A stretch of 60,529 nt of DNA, filler included, from Squatina squatina (GCA_031763465.1; 3 parts of 3 records of this genome joined end to end with filler, not necessarily neighbours in it); one strand, 5' to 3'. Positions 14,005 through 26,409 are shown, numbered from the whole stretch's first letter. Program-made: numbers and translations. Notes: generated by a model from the sequence alone, not told the origin.

Positions 14005-14158
14005 ACCCCAGCAGGAGGAAGAGAACGAAGAGGAGGACCATGAGCAGCAGGAGGATGAGGAGGAGCAGGAGCAGCAGCCACGATGGAGAAGGCAGTGAAT
14101 CCCTCAGGATTCTGCAAGGTAAGCCCGTGACAATCTCATCAGAGCTCGGTTCCACTGA
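14005..14158 (+). pseudogene. C-terminus of a Harbinger transposase (decayed)
   Basis: Acidic run PQQEEENEEEDHEQQEDEEEQEQQPRWRRQ*IPQDSAR*ARDNLIRARFH*. An acidic stretch followed by AR..LI...F* is typical of HARBI1-like transposase ends. Two internal stops. Confidence 0.6.
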
Positions 14159-14182
14159 TTTCCATCCCACTTCCCGATCCTA

Positions 14183-15504
14183 CTACTTCTCTACAGTGCG
14201 TCCCCTGTGGCTGCAGCATGGCTGGAGAAAGGCTGCTGTGTCAGGGCCAGAGACTACAGATGACCTTCCCGGAGGACCCGGCTGCAGACTGCACCACCTC
14301 AGGCTCAGCGGCAGCAGTCTGGGCTGGATGGGTGACAGGCATTGACAAGAATCATGACGAAGTGGCAGTGGCGGGATCAGGAATGCTGTCATCCTGAGAG
14401 AGGACAGCAGGTTTCTGCTCCACTGACACACTGTCACTACCCCACAGATTGCTGGGCCGCTGCGACATCATGTGATCCTCGGTCGACTGTGGTGGACACA
14501 GCGGCGATGACAGCAACTGAGCCTGCATGACATCAGCAAGACATTGCATGGCATCATGCTGAGATTGCATGAGAGCAGTCTCAACATCCATGCGAGCAAC
14601 CATTGACTCTATTGCAGCAGCAAGGCGCTGCGTTACTTCTGCCTGTGCCATAATAGAAGCTGCCACACCGCCCATGACACGCGTCATGAGGTCTGGATCT
14701 GCATGGTCTCTCTGGGAGTCCACCATCATCTGCACACTGGCAATGATGGGCTCCATGGTGTGTGCAGAGCTGTCTACAATGTAGGAGGCATACTCCACCA
14801 CGCTCCTTACCACTTGCGACAGGCTCTCGGGCACACTTGCTATGGCCCCTATCATCTCAGAATGTATGGCCATCACCCTTTGTACGTATGCCTTCCCATT
14901 GAGGTCCTCATCTGAGTCCTGGGCAGCAGGACTTGCACGTGAACTTGCCTTCAGGGGAGATGACTCCCAAGCTTCCATTTCCCATTGAATGTGCTGCAAC
15001 CCACTAGGCCCCGATAAATCACCCAGTGCAGACCCATGTCCTAAGCGAAAGTCCTAACCATAGTGCCAGTATCTGGGCTGGTGCATGCGGGTGAGAGAAG
15101 TAGTGATGCAGTGGAGGGCTCGTCATCCTCCTCCCACTCCTCCCCGTGTTCTTCTTCCCCTGACTGCACTACGGGGCTCAGTCACAGGTTGCTCATCTGG
15201 TGGATGAATATCTGAAAACATAAATGGCACAAGAGCCGCATTAAGTTCAGGGCGACGAGTGCCAGGAATGGAGGAAGGAAGGCAGACAACAGGAGGAGCT
15301 GCAAAATTCTAAAGCCTTATGCTTTAATGGGGAAGTGGGATGAGAAGAGGGGATACAAATATCATTGTTGCCCCCTGCGGGCTGGACATCTCTGCTGGTC
15401 ATGGGGTCCACCACCTGCGGGCCAGTGAGCTGCAGCACTCGCTCCTCCAGTTCGGCGAGGGACCTGAGGTCAGGTTCCCCTCCCCCTGTTATGTGCCAGC
15501 AAGC
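14183..15504 (-). mobile_element. Harbinger Myb/SANT ORF2, downstream exons (frameshifted)
   Basis: Acceptor TTTTATTTTGCAG at 15505, then ..HITGGGEPDLRSLAELEERVLQLTG (the TGGG motif of NAIF1/MSANTD proteins). A second acceptor TGTTTTCAG near 15212 leads into an acidic segment and a 215-aa coiled-coil-like ORF (14352-14999). Confidence 0.7.
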
Positions 15505-16711
15505 CTGCAAAATAAAGGAAGCTGTGTGAGTTAGAGTCCAGTAATGTTTGTGGAAGACATGCCTGCCCTGTTTCAATAGCTGTGAATGTAGGCAAGGCAT
15601 GAAATGAGGCTGCGACTGTGAGTAGGNNNNNNNNNNNNNNNNNNNNNNNNNNNNNNNNNNNNNNNNNNNNNNNNNNNNNNNNNNNNNNNNNNNNNNNNNN
15701 NNNNNNNNNNNNNNNNNNNNNNNNNNCACACTCGAGTAGTTTTGTACGGACTCCGCATCACAATGGCAGTAGTTGCCAAGTCCTAATATCTCTGTGGGAG
15801 ACTTCTAGGAATAGGTTATATCACTGTTAGAATCAGCATTAATCACATTTTTCACTAAGTGGAAGCATTTTCCTGGGTTAGCACCATTATTTCCGCTGTG
15901 CAACAAACTCACACCATGCACCACATCACAGTCACTCTTAATCTTCATTACAAAGTGAGGATTAGCAGAGTATTTATGCCTCACTTATTATTTTATTGTC
16001 CTATTGAGGCATTAACAGGTAATGTTCAACATCATAATTAGTACTACATTTCAGCAGCATTAATCACAGTACAGTTTATAAGACCCAGCTGTGTCTAAGG
16101 CCATTAAAACTGTCATAAATGGCTGATAGTTTTTGAATACACTGGGCAAGGGCACGTCTCTAAAGGATTTAAAGGCAGCAGATTAGTTTTATGGATTGCT
16201 CGACAATCTGCTGTTCCTGCATCTTAGACCAAACAGAAATATTATGGCTTGTAACAAAGAATTCAGAAAGAATTTGGAATGTTATAGCATCACCAGGGTT
16301 CACCTTCTACAGCAAATCAGGTACAAATCAGCACCGTTAGACTCCAGTTGATCAAACCATGGATAGTAGCTAGGTCAGAATGACGAGAAGTATTGCTTGC
16401 ATTAGTGGTCCCTTGCACAGAAGAGTAGGCTATCAAGCCAAGTTAGTATGGAGGAATGGAATACACATTTCACTCTTGATACCCAGTGAATGGCAATTCA
16501 GGCATAGTGGTGGTTAGATGCAAAATAAATTCCCTCTATTCTGATTTCACAACCTCAAAATGGCACCTCATACCGAATCAATATAATTCCCCCTTTCTCA
16601 CACAACCCAAGNNNNNNNNNNNNNNNNNNNNNNNNNNNNNNNNNNNNNNNNNNNNNNNNNNNNNNNNNNNNNNNNNNNNNNNNNNNNNNNNNNNNNNNNN
16701 NNNNNNNNNNN

Positions 16712-16801
16712 TTGAGATGGAGGAGCAGCCATGGTCTTGTTGAATGGCAGGCTTGAGGGGCCGAATGGCCTACTCCTGCTCCTATTTGTTATGTTCTTAT
16801 G
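16712..16801 (+). mobile_element. CR1-type LINE 3' tail
   Basis: GAGGGGCCGAATGGCCTACTCCTGCTCCTATTTGTTATGTTCTTATG. Confidence 0.8.
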
Positions 16802-17433
16802 AATAGCAGCATGAAGTACTCGACCAAAGAGCTAATGATAAATTTGTACTAGGCCACAGTTAGAGCAGTGCGTGCAGTTCTGTGTGCCCCATTATACCCA
16901 CAGAGAGTGCACAATGGGGAACTACAGCTGTGAGGAGAAATGAGAGATACTCGGACTATTTCCCCTGGTATCAGGTGGCTAAGAGATTTAATAGAGGTTT
17001 TTAAAATGATAAAGGATCTTGATAAGGAAATTTTTCAGGAGTCAGTAATGCTGAGTTCAGTAATTTTAAATTATCACTAAGGGTTTGAGGAGAAAAATGA
17101 GGAGAAATCACAGTCTGCAGAAGTTTGTTGGAGTAGGAATGCTTTGCCACAGGAAACAGTTGAACAGTAACTGTTGCATCTTTTAAGGGACTATTGGATA
17201 AATAATGAAAGCAGAGAAAGTGACTAGACTATAGGGAAGGCACAGTTTTAAATGGCTCCACCAAAGAGCCGGCGCAGACACAATAGGCCGAATAACCTAC
17301 TTCTATACTGCTAACCTCTCTGGTTGTATAGCGGCCTCCGACGTGAGCCTGCCACCAACTGCTGCAGAATTGGTTCCAGCTTATCTGTCACTGCTACAAA
17401 TCACTTTTGTGAAACCTTTCTTTAATAGGGTAA

Positions 17434-17573
17434 GGGGGAGATTTTAACCTTCATCACTGGGCAAAAAAGACAGGCGATAGTGAATCGATAGCCCATTTTA
17501 CATCTCGTCCAATAAGCTGCCAATTAGCTATCGCCAGTTTTTCGCCCAGCAATATAACTTAAAATTACCCCCC
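17434..17573. mobile_element. MITE with terminal inverted repeats (Harbinger-like)
   Basis: Left arm GGGGGAGATTTTAAC..CTGGGCAAAAAAGACAGGCGATAG; right arm CTATCGCCAGTTTTTCGCCCAG..TTAAAATTACCCCCC. Confidence 0.65.
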
Positions 17574-18395
17574 AGATGTATGGATGTCAGGTGAGAACAA
17601 GGTGAGCTTGATTCTGATGCCCTTTGCAGTATAATAGCTTGCCAGCGTTCACTGACTGGCTACACATAAGGACTGTACACTTGACATTGTAGAATCATAC
17701 CCCAGCGACAGTCACTGCCATCAGGAAAGCAGAGAAAGAGAAAAAATGGAAGGGAAAATGATTCTAAGTGTACTTACAGAATTGCCTTTTAAAGAATATT
17801 TCAATGCATATTGTAAATGGGGAGCATTATTATTTGTCATTTTTGAGTGCTGAGCGGAATGCTGAAGCAGGCTTGCTGCCTTACTTTTTAATTATTGTCA
17901 TAAATAATTTAATTTATGTTGCTAAGGATATGAGCCAACTATAACAAAAAAAACCCAGAAAAACCTAGGGGGTTGAAATCTGCAGACAGCTATTTATTCA
18001 TGCAAAGCTTCTAGTCTATTATTAACTTCGAAGCCGATTCCTTTAAGACTCACAGATGATTTAACAATGTGTTTTGTGCACTAATATAAAAGACTAATCC
18101 ATGCTTCCCCTGCTGTGCGTAGCAGTTTGTTTAAATTTATAAGAAACGAGAATATTAAAAATCACAGTAAAATTGAGGAAACTTCAAGCAACAGTGATTG
18201 ATTACACAGCACATTCAGTATGACCCCTGGATGCATTGTGCAAAACTGCTGATTTGACAACATGTCCGACAGCATATGGCTGTAAAGGAGTTACANNNNN
18301 NNNNNNNNNNNNNNNNNNNNNNNNNNNNNNNNNNNNNNNNNNNNNNNNNNNNNNNNNNNNNNNNNNNNNNNNNNNNNNNNNNNNNNNNNNNNNNN

Positions 18396-18915
18396 CCGAT
18401 GACGGTCACCATCTTTGCCCCGCGGCGGAAATTGGGCAGCGCCAGCCTCGCAGGTTGCGAACCAGGCCATACTCCTCTCGTGGGGCCAAAGTTAAATGGG
18501 AGGTGTGTAGTGGCATTTTGTGCTGCCCTTCGACTTACCGTTCTGGCCTTCGTGTGATTTTTTTTTTTAATATAAAGGGGTCTGTGCTGCGATGGTGCAG
18601 TCCGGCACTCCGCTTCGGTGGTCCAATGCAGGCCCCTGAAATCACTGCAGAACTCGCAGCGTGCCCTCCCTTTCATGGAAGAGGAGGACCCTGTGATCGA
18701 GTCAGTGCTACACGGAGAGGCCGCATAGTGTTCTGACATGCGCGGCTTAGAGCCCCAGACCCGCCCCTGACAGGATATGGAGCACCTGATATTGCGTTCC
18801 ACTTCCTCTTGGGGGCAGTAACCCCAATTTAGGTCACAGAGAGGAACCTCTGCGCCGGGCACACAAAGTCCTGCCTCGCGGAGGTTACCGCCCCCAAACG
18901 GGGCGATAGATTTTA
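18396..18915. mobile_element. GC-rich, probably non-autonomous DNA transposon fragment
   Basis: A CpG-rich block ending CGCCCCCAAACGGGGCGATA within AT-rich sequence; no recognisable protein. Confidence 0.4.
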
Positions 18916-19287
18916 AACGCTGGTTGGCAAACATTTTAAATGATAAATTGTCTAATGATAGTTAAAGAATGGTAGCACACATTTCCTAAGAATTTTCAAT
19001 TACAGCTAATATATGATACCTCCCTGCAAAGCACTCTGTAAAGTAATGGCATCAAATATATTACAGTTAAATATAATGGGACTTGCAGCAACTGTATATA
19101 GTTTAAGATAAACAGTCTCAAGGGTAACTCTATCGAGATTGATTTTTCACTGAAAAGGGTTCAATGTCACTGATACAAATATTACAAAATCCCAATGGAA
19201 CATCTATATTGGTGTGCAAAAGTATATTGACAATTTGGCCATTGAATCAGAGCATATTATAAATTGTTGTCGTTTATATTGACATAC

Positions 19288-19617
19288 CTGTACAAGGAAG
19301 CTTGCTCCATTTTGAAGAAATGCATCATTTCTTATTGGTAGCTTGAGGCTCATCTGTGATTGTCCTGGCATGAAGATGATACTGTTTTTGCTAGAAACAT
19401 TTAGGACATCATCCTTTGCTTTAGAAAGATCCATAACACCAGCAGGGATGTATAGTACAGTGTAGTTCAACTTCACAACCCCCATGGTTCCATTGTGCCT
19501 GGCAAAACTCAACGACAGAAACCGCCCAGCAGGGCTACTTTCTATCTTCTGTCCTTCCATAGAATGGAATTTAATTAGGACATAGACATAATCGCTATCC
19601 TGAATATAGAAAATAAT
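19288..19617 (-). CDS. ADGRV1: Adhesion GPCR V1 (VLGR1/GPR98), internal exon in the Calx-beta region, 330 nt, phase 0-0
   Basis: IIFYIQDSDYVYVLIKFHSMEGQKIESSPAGRFLSLSF..LPIRNDAFLQNGASFLVQ matches ADGRV1. Acceptor TTTCTCTTGTTTAG at 19618; donor CAG|GTATGT at 19288/19287. Confidence 0.93.
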
Positions 19618-19845
19618 CTAAACAAGAGAAAGACAAAAAGTGTAAATAACTTTATAACTAATCCCCAAATTAGCTTGCGAATGTCATTTTTGAACAGTTG
19701 TTGATGGAATAAAGTACTTGCCATTCTATATTAAAGACAGGTCTTACTGTTAATCATGTGTTTGGAGGATATGATACAAACTAATTGAGATAAATAAGTT
19801 AAAAAAGAATCACGAACATAATGGCAAAATTGTGACTTTTACTTT

Positions 19846-20892
19846 GGGGGAATTTTTAGCCTGGAGGAGCGTGTAGGTTTGGGTGTGGGTGAGGGGTTAA
19901 AACTGGCAAAAATACCAGCATGTCAGGGAGCCAGTTCCAACCTGCCAACTTCTGCATTTCACTGGAATCCATTAGGTTACATTTGTGCAAGCCTCTTGGG
20001 AGAGGCGGGTTTGCAATTTCCATATGCTAATCCCTCAATTAGAACGATATAGATACAGTGGTTTCAGCTTATTGTCTAGTCCACGGGTTTCCTGGGCTTC
20101 CTGAAACTCGCCGATGAAATCAAGACGAGTGCACAGTGGCAACTGAGGGAGCTGAAGCAATCTCACGCAAAGATGCCAATAAATACTCCGTACTCACAGC
20201 TGCTTTCTTAGCTGCAATTGGGAAAAGGTTTCTTCACAGTACTTTTGCTGAGAGGTTGCTTTGTACAATTTAGAGGTTACTTTCTACACTTTGGAGGTTT
20301 TCTCTGTCACATCACAATGGGTGCTGCTCATGCTGCCTTAGATTGGACCTCAGATGAGGGCCAAGGTGACCAGCAACAGCACTCGCAGCATCCTGCTGCT
20401 CACAGACCTGTAGCTGCACAGCAGAGAGGAACAGCAAAGAAAGGACCAGCACAGAGGAGACTAGCAGAGAAGTGCAGCTCATAGGAGGCATTACCCACAA
20501 AACAGAGTTGACAGGCAAAGGATCAGTTTCCTTGGCATGTCTGAACACCAGTGTCTCAGGAAACTCATGATGTCACATCAGGTGGTGGAAGATATCTGCA
20601 GCCTTATAGAAGACCTGCTGCCTGCTCGACCTGGTGGCCATGTATTAAGAGTGGCTGTCAAAGTCACCATTGCCCTCAAGCTTTTTTGCCTCCGGATCTT
20701 TCCAGGGCTCTGCCGCAGACATATGCAGGATCTCCCAGTTAGCTGCTCACAAATGCATAAGACAGATGACTGATGGGTTGTTTGCCAGGGCCAGCAATTA
20801 TGTCAATTTTACCACCAATGATGCCAGTCAGAATGAATGGCTTCTTGACTTTGCAGCTCTGGCTGGCTTCCCACAGGTGCAGGGCACACATG
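19846..20892 (+). mobile_element. PIF/Harbinger transposon: left part plus frameshifted DDE transposase N-terminal half
   Basis: From about 20317, across frameshifts: MSEHQCLRKLMMSHQVVEDICSL..LRVAVKVTIALK/FFASGSFQGSAADICRISQLAAHKCIRQMTDGLFARASNYVNF..AGFPQVQG, which is HARBI1-like. A G-rich putative terminus lies near 19846. Confidence 0.85.
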
Positions 20893-20992
20893 NNNNNNNN
20901 NNNNNNNNNNNNNNNNNNNNNNNNNNNNNNNNNNNNTTAATTAATTAANNNNNNNNNNNNNNNNNNNNNNNNNNNNNNNNNNNNNNNNNNNN
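20893..20992. other. Artificial assembly linker N44-TTAATTAATTAA-N44
   Basis: A 12-mer with stops in all six frames, centred in exactly 100 positions; an identical construct sits at 40575-40674. Confidence 0.95.
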
Positions 20993-22521
20993 AACCTTAA
21001 CCTGATTTTGGTTTGTGTAATTTCTATCCTTTAGTTATTGTCTCACAGCCCAGTGGAAACAATCCATCACTATTTTAGCTATCATAACCGTCGTGAATCT
21101 TGAAGACCTCGATCAGATCACCTCCCCCCCACACCGCAGCAGTACTGCGGGGAAAAAGATAATACAGAGGGCATTTTATATGTCTTCGTAGTGTTAAAAT
21201 CCCGATAAGTCAATGTAAAACAGCTAGGCTTTCATTTCTGATCATTTACCATATGCAAACTAACACAAGCCTGGACCGTGTCTCTATGATCATGCATTGT
21301 TTCGCTGAATCACTTACTTACCGACTTCTGGAATTCACCCAGCCAGGCTGAGGCCCTCTCTTTACCCTGTGGGTCTGGATGATGGTACAAAGCTTGAACA
21401 GCTTGATAGACCGAATCTAAACTGACCTCCCCCTCCATCCTGCAACCTGGAATCCAACAGCAACAAAACAGGTAGGTTATTACACAAGCTCGTAATTCAA
21501 AAGCTTTCCTCCTTCAGCGGAATGCTCTGGCTTGACAAGTGCAGTGCAGGAGGGATCTGCTCCCAGGTTTGTTCTGATCCTTCTTGGTAACCGGCACCTT
21601 ATCACCTGAGCAAAAGCTGGCACTGCACTGACTCACCCTCCACACGGGGACAAAGCAAAGAAGTGCCCCCTCACCNNNNNNNNNNNNNNNNNNNNNNNNN
21701 NNNNNNNNNNNNNNNNNNNNNNNNNNNNNNNNNNNNNNNNNNNNNNNNNNNNNNNNNNNNNNNNNNNNNNNNNNNGCTCTGAAAGCACCTAAAACAAAAA
21801 AAATCCACTTTTAGATTTAGGCAAGACAAGAGAACAGCTTCAGAACACAAGAGTCCAAATCACCCATATGATCCTCCAGTGATGGAAAGGCATCCTGCAG
21901 AATTCTCACTGGCTTCAAATCCACAGACACTTCTCAGTGTCTTACACTATTGTTTATTCTATCCCAGAATCTCAAAATGGTAAATCTCCTCATCTCAGTT
22001 GGTCTTCCCTTCTTCTCACAATCTATCATCAAACCTAAACTTGCCGTCACCTAATCACTGCTTCCCAATATCTCCTTTAATCTTTGCAACCTCAGTCATG
22101 TCCTGCACCTCAGCCCCTCGCCTTGGCAGCTCAACAACTAAATAAAATCAGACACTTCACGACAATAAAATGAAATTTGGGAGGTTTTGTACCTACCTGT
22201 CGCTATTTATTCATTAAATGCTGTGCATTTCATTTGGGAAGCATGACAAGAGGTATCTAGGAGATGATTCTTATCACTGCACTGACCTTTTCTTCATTTG
22301 ACTCCTTGAAACCAATACTGACCTCCTGAAAACTGCAGGTATATGATTTGCTCCGTTGTTACGCTGTTGGGACAGTCATTGGAATGGGGGACACAAGAGC
22401 TCAGAGTGACATGTCCTGTTATTTTCCTCCTCCCCCCCCCCCCCCCCCCCCGGGNNNNNNNNNNACAGCCTCGGCTTACCACTCCGTAAACTGGGTTGCA
22501 TCAGAGTCGACAGTCCCTTAC

Positions 22522-22674
22522 CTCCTGAAGGAATGGCGAGTGGACTCCCAGGTACTTGGACACCACGTAGAGGCAGAAGAGATGACGATCAACTCCGCAT
22601 CCGGTCATGGCAAGTCGGCTGATGTGTTGGTGATTTTTGGCGGCAATACGGAATAGGCTTAGGCACTCATCAAC
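22522..22674 (-). CDS. CPT1C: Carnitine palmitoyltransferase 1 (CPT1C-like) exon, 153 nt (equivalent to CPT1A exon 16)
   Basis: [51 protein letters not shown]; acceptor TCACAG, donor GAG|GTAAGG. The family is certain; the paralogue is inferred. Confidence 0.85.
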
Positions 22675-22844
22675 CTGTGAAGAGAATTTAAAAAAATATA
22701 TATTGCTATCCAAACAACTTTTAAGGAGATAACAAAGATCTTTACCAGAATATTATTTGAGAGGCAAAGAATTTCTTTCTCCCAATCTTCTGTAGTCCTT
22801 GTGACTTAAACCCAGTAAAGAGCCCCAGAATGACATCTGCTTTT

Positions 22845-23008
22845 CACACTGACCAGGCATGGTTGTTGCTGGAATACTGTTCCACAGCTACTAATCTCTC
22901 TCCGGCACCTTCACCACATGGCCATCCTTGGCGGCACCTCCCAAACCCGTGACCGCTACCACCTAGAAGGACAAGGCTATCAAGTGTATGGGAACACCAC
23001 CACCTCCA
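22845..23008 (+). mobile_element. LINE (CR1-like) 3' fragment, same family as 44706-45030
   Basis: GCACCTCCCAAACCCGTGACCGCTACCACCTAGAAGGACAAGG..ATGGGAACACCACCACCT. Confidence 0.6.
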
Positions 23009-24734
23009 NNNNNNNNNNNNNNNNNNNNNNNNNNNNNNNNNNNNNNNNNNNNNNNNNNNNNNNNNNNNNNNNNNNNNNNNNNNNNNNNNNNNNNNNNNNN
23101 NNNNNNNNCCAATGAAAATGTGTGTGAGAACCATATAAAGAGAAAGAGGGAAAGCAAACAGAAAGCTCAAGAGAGACAGGGAATAGGAGACAAGCAGAGA
23201 GCTAGGTACTGGATCGAGATTCTGGGCGATCCCATCATATGACCTCCAACCACCCCACCTTCACGCCCCCACCATTGGTCGCCCGACACGTCCAACCTCG
23301 CGGCGCACCGCTTTTCAACGGCAATTGGAAAGTGAACAGACTCTTCTCTATCGGATGAATCTTGACTGTCAATCAAACAGCCTTCCCACCCCCCCCACCG
23401 TTCCCCAATATTTTTTGTAACTGATAAACAAAACCAATCAAAGAAAATGAAAAAAAATGCACAATCTATTTAATGCCCCCATTTTTCTCCCAGGTTGCTT
23501 GCAGGGATTTTAATCTTCAATAACTGGTAACTCCTGGAGGGTAGGCAGCCCTAATAATGGATGAAACAGACACATTTTTAAAACTTTTATTCATGAACAA
23601 TTACACTAAATTTCATTAAATGTTCAGGTGGTCTGGACATGAGGGTTAACATTGTTGGTTCTGATGAAGTCCGAATTTAATCCACCCAAACCAAACCAAT
23701 CCAAGCAGCCCCCACTGCCAAATAAATTGTGTTCACCTTCTGATGCTTGCCTACGATAAGCAGAAAGATCAGGGTGAATGAGGCTGTACTGAATATTTTA
23801 AATTTTATGTGCTGTGTCACCCTTTGCTCCTGCTGTTAATTCTTTCTTTGTCTAAAACCATTTGCTTCTCACGATTCTCCTGCTTGTCTCCACCATTTGA
23901 TTCCCTCAGTATTTGCTGATTGTGTTCCAGATTATTGACATGTTAAAAATCATCTGAACTGGCTGAAGAGTTTCCTGACTAATGTACTAATGAGGCTCAG
24001 AAGTCGCCCCCCCCCGCCCCCGCTCCCTTCCCCTGTACTTCTGTTAGCAAATGGGAGCTTTCTTATTCTCAGTCTAACCTTCTTTCCACAGTAAAAGCCT
24101 CAGTAAAATGTCTACAGTGACTCCATGGGCCGGAGATAAGGCGACAACACTTTACTGCCAATCCACTAAACCACACTCCATTCTCGTGTGAATTTGTCTT
24201 TATTTTCCTCAGTCTTCTGCATAGGCAGGTTTTGTAGCATATGGTCCAATACAAATCCATTGAATTTATATTTACTCTGTCTTTTACTTAACAACTTCAT
24301 CTCTGCTGTCTCCCTGTGACACGTACAGCTCCCAAGCCATGAATGTGGGCAAGCAATGTGCTACCCAAGCAGCTGCCAATGTCTAGGAGGTACACAGGAA
24401 CTCCATGGTTGACTGTTCCTGCAATGTTTTCCTTCCCTTCTCCCAAAATGGGAATTTAGTGATTAATCAGATCTTTAGCTTGAGAAGCCCAAAGGATTAT
24501 CCTATGAATTGTAATTTTGGAGTGTTAAGTAACATTTTATTTACTGAAAAGCATTCAGAATTTTTATTGTTCAGTTCTCATTTATGCGTCACTACATGTC
24601 ACTGGTAACGTTCTGTGCACGAGCAATATATAGTGACAGATAAATTAGTACAAGAATTTCCTCAGAGCCGCTCCATCTTGGCCTCCATAACTTCACCAGA
24701 AGTGCGACGGAAATGCCATTTGCGTGTGTAACCC

Positions 24735-24892
24735 CTCGTAGTTGTGAACACCTGTTAAATCTCCCCGTAACCTTCTCTGCTCCAAGCAGAACAATCCCAA
24801 CTTCTCTCGTCTCTCCACAGAACTGAAGTCCTTCATCCCTGGTATCATTCTAGTAAATCTCCTCTGCACCCTCTCCAAGGCCTTGACATCCT
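24735..24892 (-). mobile_element. CR1 LINE ORF2 C-terminal fragment
   Basis: LERVQRRFTRMIPGMKDFSSVERREKLGLFCLEQRRLRGDL. Confidence 0.85.
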
Positions 24893-25129
24893 TGACACAA
24901 AAGTTTAATTATGTCTCATCTGGATTATTTTTTGAGAAAGATTACTCTTCATACAATGGTAAAATTAATCAGTGATAAAATTATTGAAGGACCATATTCT
25001 GGGGTACTTGTTCAACTATTTTAGAATAAAAACCCAGATCGATTTATTAATCAGGAAACAGCACTGCATATTTGGTTAGGACATTGTACTGAGAGGTTCA
25101 TCCGAGTGATAAATAGACAGTTCCTTTAC

Positions 25130-25235
25130 CTCCCACATGTGTCCTATGATTGGTGCGTCAGCCCAGGAATGTTCTGCGTTCAATCCCACTTTGCCATTTG
25201 CAAACACAATCAAGGTGAATGACTTATCAAACCAC
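25130..25235 (-). CDS. CPT1C: CPT1 (CPT1C-like) catalytic exon, 106 nt (equivalent to CPT1A exon 12)
   Basis: [35 protein letters not shown] includes the catalytic His motif EHSWAD; acceptor TCCAG, donor GAG|GTAAAG. Confidence 0.88.
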
Positions 25236-25299
25236 CTGGACGGAAAAAATAAATAGGAATCATTTAAACTTGTTAAAGATTGTGACATCATGAACATGG

Positions 25300-25534
25300 G
25301 CACACGCGCATGCACACATGCTCTCACCCCCGCACACACATGCTCACCCCCACACACACACGCTCACTCTCACCCACGCACACACACACGCTCACTCTCA
25401 CCCACACACGCTCACTCTCACCCACACACGCTCACTCTCACCCACCCACAAACACTCTCACCCCAAACAAAAACACTCTCACCCCAAACAAAAACACTCT
25501 CACCCCAAACACACCCACACAAACACCCACACAC
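25300..25534. repeat. CA-rich minisatellite with 20/21-bp units
   Basis: (CACCCACACACGCTCACTCT)n grades into (CACCCCAAACAAAAACACTCT)n. Confidence 0.85.
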
Positions 25535-25824
25535 ATTAAGCTCCTTCCTCCTTGTACAATGCACCAGTTCCCTAACTTAGGTCTGAGTGACGATGGCAAA
25601 CCTGCTTTCAAATTCTTTCCTACTTCCTTTCAAGCTTTTGCCAAGTAAATCTCAGCCTCGCATCCTGAACTATGCAGATCTGACAGATCCCTGGTCCATG
25701 CTGAAGTTGATCTCAGCCACGACAGGGTCAATATTACCTATTTCACTAATAAACCTAGGTGAAGGACCCCACCCAGGCTAAAAATAGTAGAGAAGATATG
25801 GTAAATCAGTGAGTAGCGTCAGTA

Positions 25825-26043
25825 GGGTTCTGAGTCTTTGGAATTTTCTACCCAAGAGGGCTGTGGATGTTCAGTCGCTGAGTCTATTCAAGACAGAGAT
25901 CAGTAGATTTTTTTTTGTATACTAAGGGATACGGGGACAGTGCGGCAAGGTGGAGTTGAGGTAGATGATCAGCCATGATCTTGGTAAATGACGGAGCAGG
26001 CTCGAAGGGCCTACTCCAACTCCTATTTCTTATGTTCTTATGT
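25825..26043 (+). mobile_element. CR1 LINE 3' end
   Basis: GAGTCTTTGGAATTTTCTACCC..GATCAGCCATGATC..CCTATTTCTTATGTTCTTATG. Confidence 0.8.
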
Positions 26044-26391
26044 ACTAAAAAACTGACTACTGTACACCAATGAGACTAGTAAATGGTTCTGTATAGTTTT
26101 TTTAAAGCCATTTTCAATTATTTAAAATCAGGTTGCTCACAGGTACTGGCCCAATTATTCTGATTAAAAATGCTTATTTGTTATGATAAATCTATTTCCA
26201 GATGTATTAATAAAGCAGCACTAGGTTACCACTCTTAAATATAACAAGGAATATTATTTAAAGCAAAACCTTTTTCTTTTTAAATGATGTTNNNNNNNNN
26301 NNNNNNNNNNNNNNNNNNNNNNNNNNNNNNNNNNNNNNNNNNNNNNNNNNNNNNNNNNNNNNNNNNNNNNNNNNNNNNNNNNNNNNNNNNN

Positions 26392-26409
26392 AACATCTCG
26401 AATCAATAG
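26392..26409 (-). CDS. CPT1C: CPT1 exon-9 equivalent, apparently intact copy; only the first 18 nt precede the gap
   Basis: Strong acceptor TTTTTTTTCTGCCTCTCTTCAG then LLIRDV; near-identical to the 5' end of the copy at 26842-26926. Confidence 0.6.

Noticed and set aside
18215-18934. 239-aa ORF
   Set aside because: It spans an N gap and a GC-rich repeat, with no recognisable domain.
20317-20892. Host HARBI1 gene
   Set aside because: Frameshifts, stops and an intronic transposon context indicate a decayed transposon copy.
25290-25648. His/Thr/Pro-rich ORFs
   Set aside because: They are translations of the CA-rich minisatellite.
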